Shown piece after piece: positions 47,095-61,300 of a DNA stretch of 64,000 nucleotides. Made by a program: the position numbers and the translations under genes. The stretch covers positions 2,170,001 to 2,234,000 of the forward strand of contig NW_027271836.1 of NCBI RefSeq assembly GCF_040938485.1, read 5' to 3'. Under the pieces are notes generated by a model. It was not told the origin of the DNA, ran no database searches, and was given only the letters and a program-made list of their open reading frames with translations. Every line of letters starts with the position of its first letter. Positions within the stretch are counted from its first letter, which is position 1. This DNA comes from Diadema antillarum. Taxonomy: Eukaryota.

Positions 47095-49965
47095 TTTGGA
47101 CGACCGAACTACAAAAGTTGTATAAGAATTTGCGCGCGAAGCGCGCCGCAAATTGTGAATTTTGACTGTTTTAATGACGTTTTAAAGTATCGAGGAAATT
47201 TGTATTTTTGTCTGTTGCATGCAATTGCGTTACGGTATTTCATCTAGGAAATAGTAAAAACTCATTTTGCCAGGAAGTTGCAAAGTTTAATTGTGTTCGA
47301 GACTCTGCGCGCGTAGCGCGCCGCAAAATTGAGAATAGTGATTTTCCTGGTGTTGTTTTAACTTTTATTTTTTCTATTGTATACCCGCGTTAGCAGGCCT
47401 GAAGCCAGGATTTTTAAAGGAAGGGGGGATTGCGTTAATTAACAAAACGGTCCTTTGATACTGTCCCGGGAGGGGTAGCGACAATTAAAAGGTGGACACC
47501 ATGCTCATACATGGACTTTCAAAATGGCCCCTAAACGAGTAATGATCATATGATTTTTTTGGGCCTTAAAAACAAGTATTCCTTAAATGTTTCCTGCACC
47601 CTAAAGAAGTACTTCATCATGATTGAACAATATACCATTTTCCCAAATTTCGGCCTTTTTGATACCCTTTGATTATATACGCTCGTACATCACACTTTCC
47701 ATCTAATCCGTGAGAAAAAACGACCCCTATTACGCGTTTTCTTTAGCGAGTATGGTCACGGTGTCCACCTTTCAGTTGGAGTTTTCCATCCCATTGGATG
47801 CTGTTTGGAAGATGAAACATTCACTTTACTATACAGTATATCAGCCGTTGGTATGCGAGTTTGTCAAAAACGAAAATAAATAAGAAAATTTTTAAAACAA
47901 AATGAATTGTAAATGTGAACCATTTATATTTTGCCTCCTTGTGGTAGGATATTTCCAGCATTTCCGAACTTTCAAATAATCATTTTAGATTTAATAATAT
48001 TAAAGGTAGTAGATCCGATTCGCAAACATCTCCAATATCAGTCAAATGTCATATTAACCATCATGCTAAGAAGGTTTTCTTTGTGAAATTTGGAGGTCAG
48101 TGAAATTCAAAAATTAAACATCCGTTAGCCATTGGAAGAAGTTGAGTGCAAATTCAGACCTCAGGCTTAGTGCTCAGATGTTATCCTATTTGATTTGATC
48201 TGTCTTACTGTGCACACTAAGATACATACTGGAATGGTTATTTCTTATTTATTAAAGTAATTATAGTAGCATATTTGGTTACTAGCTGTCTCTAAGCATT
48301 TTCGAATTTGGGCTGCAAAGAGATCCACTACCTTTAAGTTAGAAGAGAGATAAGTAAATAATGATAAAATAAACAAACAAAAAAGAATGAGTTTCTTTTG
48401 TAATACTATCTGACAAACTTTTTACTTTACCATTTTACTTCATAGCTCAGCACTTTCCATTCTCTCTCATACCCTCTTACCCATTACATTTAAATGAAAT
48501 ACAACTAAAATGAGTTTGCGTGCCTGCATAATACTCTTTGGAAATTATAAGTGAGAATGTTCTTAGGTTTTGGCTCACTTTAAAATGAGAACCAATAGAA
48601 CTGTCACAACATGAGAAAATGTATAAGTAATAATCAACAGTACATTTCCGAATTTGGCCTGCAAAGAAATCCGCTACCTGTAAGTTAGAAAAGAGATTAG
48701 TAAATAATGATAAAATAAACAACAAAAAAGAATGAGTTTCTACCGCCGTATCCAGAACAGAGCCTGAAACGGTGCAGGCTCAAGAAATCGTTTGTACTAA
48801 TACGTCTTGAAGTACTGTGTGATACTGTTGACTCAGACTTCTACAAAGCTGTAAGTAAGAATTTTAACCCAATCCGGCTCATTACCTGTGTTTTTTATGA
48901 AAAAGATGAATAAAGAATGTAAATTAAATAACGACGCGTCACAATGCAGTCTAACGCTCTCACAATGTTATCATACATAGGGTTTTTCCCTGACTGTTTT
49001 TACTCCGGAGCTCTTGCAATATTCAGGCTTTTGTAATACTATCTGACAAACTTTTTACTTTACCATTTTACTTCATAGCTCAGCATTCTCTCTCATACCC
49101 TCTTACCCATTACATTTAAATGAAATACAACTAAATTGAGTTTGCGTGCCTGCATAATACTCTTTGGAAATTATAAGTGAGAATGTTCTTAGGTTTTGGC
49201 TCACTTCAAAATGAGAACCAATCGAACTGTCACAACATGAGAAAATGTATAACTAATAGAGAACTGGAGTAAGACAGGCCTTTCATTTTGTTTCGTCTCT
49301 CCTGATCGTTCGTAAGAAATGCTAATTCATGACCACCTTTTCACAATTTGATTGGAGCATGCATTCATAATGGAAAATAGTTGACATAATAATCTATCCC
49401 CAGGCATTATCATGCCAACATGTACTTATATGTACATGTACTATATCTTTGTGAGACGTAGATATAAAATGTATCAGGTTTTCGATTATAGTAATTTCGA
49501 GGAATTTCTTTAATTTTTATCATAATTTATATGTAAACTTGAGGCTATTAGATTTTCATCCACTTACCTCTGTACCTGTGAAAAAATGCAAGTGTCAACC
49601 TTAATGTCATCCACGAATCGCACGTACTCGGGCGGCCAGTGGAAAAAAAAAACACCGGTCACACGCGCCAAGGGCCATGGCATGCAGTGCCAATATAATA
49701 ATAGCTCGCACAAATTGATACATAACATTTGTGTTTGTGTGCATGGGGACGATCCGATGGTTCATACAACAAAAGGGTTTCGTACAATTATTTTTAACAT
49801 TGTTAAACGTACTCTTCCACATTTACGTAGCATATAATGTGTCTTTATATTTATTTGGATTGTTATCTTGAGAATTGCTAAAAACCGTTATTATGAAAAA
49901 GTGGACCTTTCAGAATTTGGGGGGGTGCGTACGCACCCGACGCACCCCCCCTGGCTACGGGCCTG
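46932..49965. mobile_element. ~3-kb non-autonomous TIR element (CAGG...CCTG termini) nested in an older inverted-repeat element
   Basis: Perfect 16-bp TIR caggcccgtagccagg; flanks acacg/acatg; outer inverted arms at 46852-46883 and 50106-50137; internal duplications 48304-48399 ~ 48651-48740 and 48399-48620 ~ 49029-49255. Confidence 0.6.
47009..47091 (+). repeat. Compound (CA)n-(TA)n microsatellite
   Basis: Direct inspection. Confidence 0.9.
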
Positions 49966-50502
49966 ACATGTAAGTCAATGGAAACAGCCAACTTTTATTT
50001 ATCATTTGTGACCTTATTTTTGCAGATGGGCATATAAGGATTGGGAATTACGTAGTAATGGTTCCTAGCTTCAATATAATGAAGAAAACTCATTTTCACC
50101 AAATATTGAGATACGAGGTTTTGTCACCCTACCAACGAAAGGCCATAATGTTGTTTTGGGAATGGAAATGTATTATGTGATAGATCTTGCCCAAAATTTG
50201 TTCTTGAAGGTATACCTGAATTATATTATGTCGACCTTTACCAGTGACCCTTGCTTTGCTGAAAAACCCAAAATAAAAAGCCAAGAATGAATAATGAGTC
50301 TATGGTTAAACCACAAATGTATTCAGAGAGTTTTTGAGGGTTTATCAGTTTTGAATTTAGACTCGTAGGCAAGCTCAGTAGCAGGACTTGTGACCTCTGC
50401 CTTGACAGTTTTGCTGGCTTCGATTTCTGTGTGTGCCTGCCTGCTAGCAATTCTATGCAAGAAGCTGAGAACCAATTTGGCCAAGGAATGATTTTATGTG
50501 TA

Positions 50503-50540
<38 letters not shown>

Positions 50541-50947
50541 GGAGAGGGAGATAGGGAATTCACGGCCTCTTTATTTTCACGAGATAAGAGCAGTTCAATA
50601 AGAACTTATTGAGGGTAGACTACATTACTTTGCCACTGTGGAACAGCGACTAGCTGCATCAATATTAGCAACTGAATGACCTGATCAGGAATGTTTTTCA
50701 ACACAAACTTTCCATATAAATGGCAGAAATTTTTTTTATAGTTTCATGGATTTAATGGGGGGAAATGCCATAAAAAAAAGAATAAAAATTGCCTTGATGT
50801 GGAGTTAGTTCTATACATAAAAAAAAACTCATATTTTTGATTGCTCAGAATTTGGAGAAGAGTGATTTATAGGGAAGTAAAACATGTCACAAAGATAACT
50901 GTGCTGCAGTTCTCTCTGTAGTGTAACCATTTTTGTGTGTGTTATAT

Positions 50948-51081
50948 CAGGGCTCCACACTAACTTTTATTTTTGGTGGCGCGATCAGGCCACCAAATTC
51001 TTCATTTCTGAAATTTGGGTGGCCCGACGTGCGTCTCTGGCTGGCCTCGGGCCACCGGGCCACCGTTAGTGTCGAGCCCTG
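50948..51081. mobile_element. 134-bp MITE with a 7-bp TSD (hAT- or P-type)
   Basis: 17-bp TIR cagggctc(c/g)acactaac; GTTATAT at 50941-50947 and 51082-51088. Confidence 0.75.
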
Positions 51082-51567
51082 GTTATATACGTGGAAATTG
51101 TTGGGATCTAGCATCTACGAGCTTGGCATTTTACTGTTACATGTACCAACTGAAATATGAAAGCTGTGACTCACTTGGAAATGTATATGTATATACAGTT
51201 GTATTGTTCAAACATGACAGCTGAATTTACCACAATAGATGAATTTTGAAATAAACATACAGTAAAATTCATGTACAACGTTTTTGCATTGCTTCATTGG
51301 AATTTGGATTTTCTGTGATATCATTCATTTGCATGTGTTGTTTAAATTGGTTTCCTCTTTGTATGTGTGTGTAAGCATGAGGTGTAGTTTTTTGAAGGGT
51401 TTATATATACAAATGTATTAGTTTATGTATGAGTGTACAAGCTTATCTAAGAGATAATCAGCAGATGGAAGACAGATTGAGATACAGAAATATCTGCAGC
51501 ACACTCTCATCTCTATCTATTGGTCTATCTATCTATCTATCTATCTATCAATCTATCTATCTGTTTG

Positions 51568-51607
<40 letters not shown>

Positions 51608-51610
<3 letters not shown>

Positions 51611-51704
51611 CGAAGAATAAACCGGTAATGCAATATTTCGCCAATATAGAGTTTATTGAACTCTATATTGGCGAAATATTGCATTACCGGTTTATTCTTC
51701 GTTA
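51608..51704. repeat. Perfect palindrome: 46-bp arms, 5-nt loop, between two (TA)n tracts
   Basis: 51608-51653 is the exact reverse complement of 51659-51704. Confidence 0.95.
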
Positions 51705-51743
51705 AATTGGAGCCAATACGTGAATTCTCAACATGTTTGGACT

Positions 51744-51776
<33 letters not shown>

Positions 51777-51882
51777 TGTATATCTCTCTAGCTGTATATC
51801 TATGCAATTATACATCTTAATGTACATGTATACATTTTTTTGAAAGCTTATACAGTATCTACCTTTGACCAGAAAACTGCTA

Positions 51883-52064
51883 CAGTGAAAACTCAGTACG
51901 TGTATAACAAAATCATTAGGACCAAGACAGTTTGTTCTTTATATCAGATATTTTGTTATATCAGCTTGCAATAAATAATAAAAAACAAAGGAAATGCATC
52001 CCTTGGGACCGGAGAAATTAGTTTGTTATATCAGATCTCTTAATGCAATATCAAGTTTCCACTG
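51883..52064. mobile_element. Tc1/mariner-type MITE
   Basis: TA TSD; TIR cagtg(a/g)aaact; internal ttatatcaga repeats. Confidence 0.65.
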
Positions 52065-52549
52065 TACACCGTATATGAGAAATCAATTTTAATTGGAGCC
52101 TAAACTCCTCCTTTATGTGATTTCTTGGAGAGAAAAGAAATTCATTCATACATCAAAATTTCAAGTGAGCACTGAGGAATCTGAAGTAGCAATTCAGACA
52201 CTTTCCAACAGCCTGTGTGTGTATGAATGTTCACTGTAACATATACTAGTGAAAGGCAGGTTTCTGGTATCATTCACGAAATAATGCTGTACATGGTATA
52301 ATAGTGTGCATCTGGCGAGGATTAAGTTGGCTCTTATCATGATTCATACCTTTTCATGCGAAATGATTGTGATAGGATATTGTAGCTGTTGTTGCTGGTG
52401 GTCTCCAGAGATAAATGAAAAAGGCAGCGTCAGTTACAGCAAAGTACTCAGGCCAGGTAGTTTTCTTTTGTTGTATCAAGATTTCATTTTAGCTGAATTC
52501 AGTAAAAAGTATATAAAGATAGATATATAATAGTAATCATGTAATAGTA

Positions 52550-52885
52550 AACAATTAACAGTTAAAAGAACAATCTCGACTCTCGGAGAAAAAGCCTTTG
52601 TTTCTGCAGCCCCATCTCTCTGGAACGCTCTTCCACTGAGGATCCGATCAGCAGAGACCATTGAAACATATAAAAAGCTTTTGAAATCACATATGTTCGC
52701 ATCTTGTTTCGATTGAATTTTCAACGAATTGTTCATTGGTGTGTATATCTCTACCTATCTCTTTCTTCTTTTTCAACCTTCTTATGTACAATTATGACTA
52801 CGATGTACGTTATTCTTTTCATAATTACGTCCCTCTGCGCCTCAGAATAGGATACTAGATCGAAGGGGCATTACAAATGCTGTAC

Positions 52886-52913
<28 letters not shown>
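52550..52913 (+). mobile_element. 5'-truncated CR1/L2-type LINE: ORF2 C-terminus, 3' UTR and (TTA)n tail
   Basis: Translates to LTVKRTISTLGEKAFVSAAPSLWNALPLRIRSAETIETYKKLLKSHMF*, the typical G-x-x-AF-x-x-AAP-x-LWN-x-LP terminal motif of this LINE clade; ends in (TTA)n. Confidence 0.8.
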
Positions 52914-52916
<3 letters not shown>

Positions 52917-54099
52917 CACCGTAGTAATCTTTAAAACCTGAATGTATACCTTATCCTAAAGAGATTTTCATCATAACATATGGGTCTGGTTTAACGGGAG
53001 TGAACTACATGTACATTGTATTATCTGCATGTGCAAACAAGATTATGACAGTCATTGAAAGGTTATAATCAAAATAATCACCTGCTATGAAATTCATTGT
53101 GACACAGAGTATGGTTAAAAATGGATAAGAGAAGAATTTATCTACACTAGCTTAAGTCAAATTCCAAATCTGGTGAATATCTTTCCCTTCTTTCAAGAGC
53201 ATTGTACATATGGCAACCTATACAATTAGGGGCCTTTCGACAATGACGAAATATTTTCTCTTTTATACCTGCATGATGTGGAGTATATTTACATACATGC
53301 ATGTATTTTGACTTCATATTGTTATACACTGTACCCGCGGTACATAGACATACAGTTCAAAGGACTGCATTCCTACCACATATACATATTTTCAGCATAA
53401 TATCACCAATTCCTGTTTTGTTATCACTTTTAAAGTAATGGGAATTAAAAAGAAAGTGAATCGTGAGCAGAGTGACAGATATGTGACAAGTGACTAGGAT
53501 GTTGTACAGAACGACCATCAATAATCACAATCAGTCATTTTGTGAAACAATTTACAAATATCATAAATATAGTGATTACAATATTGTGTAATGACATTGA
53601 AGATGTGAAAACAAATAATTATGTTGATTATACATGCCAATTCTCGTAAAAGTGCAAAAGAAGGTACAGTGTATCCAGTGTAAAAGAAGGTATCCAGGTG
53701 TAATGTGTGTGAACAAAGAAGAATAGGAATAATTATTAGAAATGACTATATATCTAGGGGCCTATACAGGCGAGTGATAAATGATGATGAAGATAATAAT
53801 GTCTATGATGATCAAACTGGAATGGGATACTTTGGAAAACATTTCAAATACTAAATGCATACTTTGAAAAACATATCAAATACTAAATGCATTTCGACTA
53901 GGGAAGCACATAGAGACAGGGCTAGCTGGGCCTAAATAGCCCCGCTCGAAAGAGAACAAAAACACATTTGGGTATGGGAGGCAGACTAACACTGTATTGA
54001 AAAGCAGCCATTGATATTCAATGCAATGCATTTCACCACCCCTGAGCACTATAATAATATGATCTCTCGAAGAGGGCAATGAACGATTCAATTATTTCT

Positions 54100-54649
54100 C
54101 ATATCCAGTCATCCTCACAAATTCATTCCATTCGACAACTGCTAGTACTGTACTAAGTGCTCGGAGTTCAAGTGCAGACGTGTGTTTGGTCGAATGTTCA
54201 GCTATTTTTGTTCGAGTTAACCTTTGATCCGGGCTTTCCGTCCCACTGCAAGAGCAGAGGCCATGCCAGGAGGCGGATCGTCGGCCGAACTCCTGCGGGA
54301 TACGTCACGTTTCTACTGTGCGTGGGAGCTTCGCGTTCGGGCGCCGGGCTGGTCTTTGTCGGCTCGGCGGTTGCAATTGCGGCCAGACCTGGATGTGGAT
54401 GTCGTCATGTGCTAAAATTAAACTGTCAACAAAGTCTTGTGGTATTGCACAACAGCTAGCAAGTACACAGCCACAACAACAGGCAACAGCCCATGCCATG
54501 GCGTATAAAATTGCCGTAAAATCAGAAAGTATGAAGCACAGTAACGAGGGAAGCCTGCCTACTAAGTAGTAGTGCGATAAGGAGGAAGGTGGTGCCGGAG
54601 AGAGCGACCAACAACTTGAAAAAGCAATCGGCGACAGAAATTAAAGGAG
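54100..54649 (+). promoter_or_regulatory. CpG-rich promoter and 5' leader exon of paralogue C (donor at 54649, acceptor to 55302)
   Basis: Homologue of the B leader exon; donor AG|GTAGGC; acceptor tttgcag at 55295-55301. Confidence 0.6.
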
Positions 54650-55371
54650 GTAGGCCTAAATTAGAGTCTGTTTTGAATGTATAAGTACTATAACGTTAGT
54701 TGTTAGAACTATAACAAGTTAGTTTATTCCTAGGTAGATAGAATTAAATAGTCCAAACTGTAGGCCTAGCTAGAGTTCTATAGGCTAAACAATGTTCTTA
54801 CATCAACGACAACGTCCAAACGAAGATTCAGAATCAACAGGGCGGCGCGGCTCTCCATTTGTGTACTAAATCCCTGGCCTGAAGTTGCAGAAGACATACA
54901 GACAAATGTAACCCGAGGTGCTGTAACCAGTAACGACATGAATGTGTTTGGGTTGTGGGTGCAATTAAAATGCAGATAGCCTTGGCATATAGCCCAGCCC
55001 CATCATTACATTGTGGGAGTTTCCAGGGAACATTTATATACATATACAGGGCCCTTGCTTGTAAATAAACATATACCGGTAACTAGTGTTGTCACTGATG
55101 CCGGTATCAGCATCACCCCAATGAGATTAATAGATCTACTACTAGTGATGATTGATGAGTACGGTAAATGGCTGAGAATGCTGCAGCTATTTTCTGGGAA
55201 TGAAGGAAGACTTAAATGCCTGCTTGATGTATACCTTCAAATCTACTTGAATCATCTATTTTAATTGTTATAATGTTGTATGCGTCTGTCTATATTTGCA
55301 GGGCACAAACACACCAGGTGTCCAAGTCTTTTTAATCAACAAGTAAAGCAACCTAGAGAACCTAAAGAATC

Positions 55372-58300
55372 ATGGTACGAAGAGAAGGAACCCGCTTTGG
55401 TCTTGCTACCAGCCACAATGTCAGGCGTCTGCCCTTCCCCTACAAACAACTCTACAGCAGGCAGAGTATCGTGGTCAAGACCAAGATTGATGGTGAGGAC
55501 CATCAGGTCAAGAAATCTGCCAAGGCTGCTGTGAAGAGGCAAATGGAAAGTGGTTCTTTCAATATGAAAGGTAATGTGTTTGTAAAATGCTGAGTGTATA
55601 CCATGTTTCATGGTATTGTTCCAGTATGACTAAATTGTTACCATACTTTAGTGTTGTTTTACTCTTGTCTACTGTAAGACATTTTATCACAGTATGATGA
55701 ATGTACTCACCCAGCTAGATAAAGCTACTTTTTTTTTTCTGAAATGGCAAAGTTCGTGTGTGTGATGTTAACATTTGCTAACATGAAAGCCAGCTTCTAC
55801 ACCACCATATTTTGTGTTCATTTACGGTCGACACTGGGCTCAAATATTAGTCTCTTTGTTGAAATGCAGCATGAATCGCTTTTTGACTGGTAGTTTGGAA
55901 CCAAGTGTATAGTGAATCTTTTTTATTTTCAAGGAATGAAAATTGTAAACTGCACTGTACCATTTTCATTTTTTGTTTTTAGACGATACTGAGCAGAAAA
56001 GGATTCATTTCTCCCTCAACAAAGCCAAGCGATGGGAGGTGATAGAAGGAATTAGGGATGAAGAAGAATACTACGGCAACCGCAGCATCATCACGGAGCA
56101 CCACATGCTGAAGCAGGGCCATGATCAGAGGAATATCACAGGAGTCTATGACTCGTCGGTCAGTGATGCCCCAAAGTCTCCAAAGAAGAAATACACTGCT
56201 GCCACCGATGCCTTTGTAGGACAGCAGACTGGGGATGTGATAGGAAATGATGATGACTTTGGGAAGAAGAATAGATGGAGATCTAGAAGGAGGAGAAAAC
56301 ATCATGATGAGGAGGATGGTGTTCCAAGTACTGTCTGGTATGATGTTACGTTGGCTCCTCCCAGGCAAACCTTCCAGACGTACTGCAATCCTGCAGGTAA
56401 GGGTAGTTGTGTGTTTGTGTACATACATTGTACATGTGTTTGTGCGTAAATGCTAAAGTTGCAATGATTTGGGGGACTTGCATTTGATTTTTCGAATGTT
56501 TTAGATTACTCTTGAGGCTCAGGCTCATCAAAGCCGTTTTATAATCAGCACTTTATTTGTTTTCCTCAAATACAGATAGCGGAAAACCAAAGAGAAACAG
56601 CAGAAATAGAACACGGAAGTTCCATCAGTGCAGTATGCAAGAGTTCTACTCTGACAGACAGTGGGAGTTTGATGAGGACTTCACCCAGGAGTGGGAGGAA
56701 GAAGAGGAGCAGTACTGGCAAGAAGAGACCAAAGCTGCAGAACCCTACCAGGTGTGCACCGATGCCCTGGAAGTCCTTGTTACCAAGGCAATGATGGAAA
56801 CTCATCGCCTTGGAGACCAGAAGCATCGCGATGTACATCAGGAGGAAAGCAAGCAGACCTTGGGTACCAAGGATCGAGTCTTTCTTGTTGACAAGGAAGA
56901 TGTCATGGTGATTGTTGAACCCCAGCTCACTGATGACGTGTCAAAGTCAACAAGGAAGAAAACCAGGAAGGAGAGGAGACAGGAGAGGCTGGAGTCTGAA
57001 GAGAGGGAGGCAAAAAGGCAAGAAAAGGAGCTGAAAAAGAAAAAGGAAATGGAGGAACTTGCTGCTCTTCGCATCAAAGTGAGTGTTGATATGGCAGTGG
57101 AGACCACTAGCATCGCCTTGAATGCACTGAGCAGGAATTTTGGTGAGAACTACACTGAGGGTCTGTGCACTCCTCGCCGATTTGCCATTAACATCACTGA
57201 CTCGATCATTGACCATCTTCAGACCAGTGCCAAAAGAGACGCCTTGGCCAGTAGCCTCCTGCAGACTAGTCATCATGTCTCTCTGATAGTGGACTGTATG
57301 CTTGATCCATGGCTGAGTGTAAAAGAGGATGACGGGCTGGTAGAGGACATCAGAGTGAAGCTGTGTGGGGTGACTGAAGACCGAGAGATGCTGTCAGAGT
57401 GCCTGACTGGTCTTGGTGTCTGCAGCATCTCAGATGTGGTCCGTGCTGTGAGCTCAGGAGTAGCGGCATTACCTGCAGAGAGGTGAGTACTCTCAACCAT
57501 TCTTAAAAGAGCATCTACAAGTAGTTTGTAACATTGCCTTTTTGTTTGATAAGGCTTTAGACACGCTTCGCTGCAGCTGCATATGGTAGAAATTTGCTTG
57601 AGTTTGCCAACAGGGTACTCTTTAAAATGTTTAAACTGGTGCCCCAGTTATGTATCAATGACCCATGAAGCTTGTGTGTGGCATATTTAGATCTCAAATC
57701 AAAGAAAAAGGTAGAGAAAACAATTGTCAAGGACAGTGGAAATCAGTGGAAATCACTGCCAGTCAAAATTCATTTCAAATTTCATGCAAATATGTTATCA
57801 TATGAAATTTCCACTGCTGTAATTGTCATATGGTTACCAGAAGACAAACATCTCAATAGTCAAACTAATAGATTGATTTGTAAACATGAATAAAACATAA
57901 CCCATTCCTGATTATCTCATAAAATGTTGCATGTATTTTGAGGCTTAATGTCCTTAATTCTGGTTAATACCTCACTTTGCTTTGCCAGTATGTGGTGCAT
58001 TCAGTATGGTTTTCTGCCTCCTGGAAATTCATCTTTGAACACCAAACATCAGTATCAGCATCTATTTTCTCTTTGCAGATATTTGTTTGAAAAGTCAAGC
58101 TATTCTTTGGCTGGTAAGCCAGTTTTTGCCATGGAAACCACTCAGTCTACACTAGGCTGGAGATATGATGTCACCAATCCACACAAGGCAGTCCAGAAGG
58201 TAAATACAAAACAGAATACAGAAATACAGAAAAAAAATGGTACCTTATTAATCATGCTCAAAGGTAATTTTGATACCATGGATACCAACATACTTAATAG

Positions 58301-61300
58301 TACTAAAGAAGCAACTGCTTTGTGGCAGGTACAGTACCCTATTTGAGTGATTATGTTGTGTGTATATATATATATAAATATTCATTTTTTTATAATTATC
58401 ATTTTTTTTAATGAAAAGCAGTTTCTGTTTCCAGAACACATAATGTTCAACTCTCAGGCTGTTTTCTGATAAACTGTTTCGTGTTTGCCCTCTGATTTCA
58501 TGCCATGTTTGTCATAGTTGCCATAGTGAATCTTTGATAGATACTCTTTGTTTTTTCTTTTTGTTTTGTTTGTTTTGTTTAAATCCATAGGCTCTACAGC
58601 AGAAAGATGCAGAAGACTGTGAGACTGATGACAGTACCCCATCTGTATCATCCAGTGAGTGTGGATACTGTAACATCTGCTATGAGGAGCTGAGTGAGAA
58701 TTGTCCTGGCACCGCTCTGACTGCCTGTAGCCATTGGTTTTGTGACCAGTGCTGGAGCAGTCACATGATGTCAAGGGTGGAGCAGGGAGACCTCAGAATT
58801 GCCTGTCCAGTAAGTATTCCCAGTCTTCTCCTATACCAATATCTATCCTTACTCAGAGAACCCAGTACTACATTATGATACCTTCATTTGCCAAGCATTT
58901 CCACTATGGCTCAAACAAATGTTTGAACTGTAGAGATGTCGATTTTAATTATTTTTCCTTCTCACTCTTGACAGGGTTACCAGTGCACCAGTCTTGTGGA
59001 TGAGGTTACCATGATGTCATTCCTCCCAGCCACATTCTTTGCTCGTCACCTAGCCAACAAGGTGAATACTGCCCTCATGCTGCAGCCAGAGCTGCAGTGG
59101 TGCCCCAGTCCATCATGCGGTCGTCTGCTCACAGTGGCCAGTCAGAAAACGGATGTTGGCAAGGGGCGCATGATTCCAATCACCTGCGAGTGCGGTTCAT
59201 TCTGGTGCTCTGAGTGCAAGAAGGAAGCTCATTGGCCAGCGTCTTGCGAGCAGGCAGAGGCGTACCGTAAGAAGGCCACCGAACTCTTGCGTGAGTTGCC
59301 CATTAAGTTTGTCCAATTCTCATTTCCTTGTACCAAATGTCATTGGTATAGGAAATTAATCTTCACTGCTGTGTGATGGTGTCCCTTGTCTCATGGAGAA
59401 TTAGGCACTTAAGGTATTGTATGACTTCAAGGTGTATTTTCCCCAAACATATACCAAGGTACCAGCTATGTAGATGCAAAAAATACAGGGTGTATCAAAA
59501 AAAGGTAAACCAATTTTAGAGGGCTACTATTTCATAATTGTCAGCTATGGAGAGCACAATTTTGGTTGTGAGGAAAGACAAACTCTTCCTCTTTCCATTG
59601 GTACCTAATTATGTTGACAAATGTCATGCATGACTGAGCACATGAACTTAAAAGGCAACAATGACAAATTGCACTTTTTCCAAGTTTGTGTGTTATTGTG
59701 AAATAACAATGCATGTCTCACTGCATGGATGAGATCTGTCAATAAAAGTGGCCAAATAGGCCAGCCTGTTCGAATGCAGGTTCGTGTTAACCCTAACTAG
59801 GCCGGGCTATTTAGGTAGTTGATAGAGCCGGGGGGGCCTCCCAGGCCCCCCCTCCAGATCTCGGCCGTCGACCGCGCGATCGCGACGAAAATTGGCACAC
59901 ACATTGCCTATGATGTAATCTAAAATACTATGAAGTTAATTTTTCAAAAAATCATAATTTATGCTAAATTATAATAATTTATGCATGATGATGCATAAAA
60001 TCAGACTAATTGGCATAAATCACAAAATAAAGCTCAAAACAGGCACATTTTTTGTGTGAATATTCTTTTTAGTGTCCTTAGCAAATGTAATTTAAAAAAA
60101 ATTGTGATATCAGAAAAAATTCTTAAGTATTTTATTGTTTTTTTTGAATTTCTTATGTATTTCTTTGTTTTTTCGACTTTATGTTTTTCATTGTTTTTAC
60201 GATGAAATTTGTCCGCGACATCGCTCCGAACAAGAAAATATGTTATTCATTGATTTTAATCAATAAAACACCCAAATAATCATGCTTTTATGAAATTTGC
60301 CAGTAAGCACAGTTTGCATTGAAATTGTACACGAATTAACGTTTTTGAGCAATTTTTGGTCTGACATGCATGTACATATTTACGCGTAACTTCGGAACCG
60401 CACGCCCGGGCGTCGCAAATTTGGTGTCAAAAGATGCGGGAGACTCGAAAGAAAAAAGTCATGAAACGTCGCGGCAATAGCTTTTTGCGATGGCGATACA
60501 TCACGCGGAACGTCGAGGGGGGGCCTCAGACCCCCCCCCCCCCCCCCGGCCTAGTTAGGGTTAAGAGTTTCTCCTCACATTTTATTATTATTGTTATTGT
60601 TATTATTATTTTATTATTAATTGTTGTTATTATTATTATTTCATTATTCATTGTTATTATTATTATTATTGTCATCATTATCATTATTATCATACTCTTT
60701 ATTTGTTTCATACCAAGCACATTATTATATACAATATTTCATAAAAAACATGCGAATATACATTGTACAAACATAATATATTGAACAAGAAAAAACAAGC
60801 TCACACTTACACTTAAAAATGCCTTCAAGGAGATCTAACAGACATCCACATAATTTCTGTGATTTATAAATTTAGAATAAGCAAAGTTCAATATTTTGGT
60901 ATGGTTCATAACCTTTAAAGGTAGGGAATCCCATTTGCACGCCTTAAATGAAGAGTTGTATAAATACAGTGGTATGTTGAAGAGAATATCATTTTAGAAA
61001 CTCCCATAAAGTATTGAAAGTGGAAGGCAACATTTAGTACATTTTTTTGACGGTTAGATTTTGAATTGAATTGTTTTCGGGGCTCACCGTAAATTCCAGT
61101 ACATTACTAGGCTACCTTTGCAGACCCATGTACTGCATGTGTGTCCATCATGTATATTTTGTGAAGAAAGTTCATCAACACTTACAAACATTTCTATATA
61201 CATTCTTACCACACACTCTATATGTTATTACATCAGCTCTTGTACTTTTAGATTTGTTTTTTATATATCACAAATACAGAAGAATGCAACAAAAAGGCTT

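Noticed and set aside
60434-60784. Poly-Ile hydrophobic ORF resembling a membrane protein
   Set aside because: Translation of an (ATT)n tract at a transposon junction.
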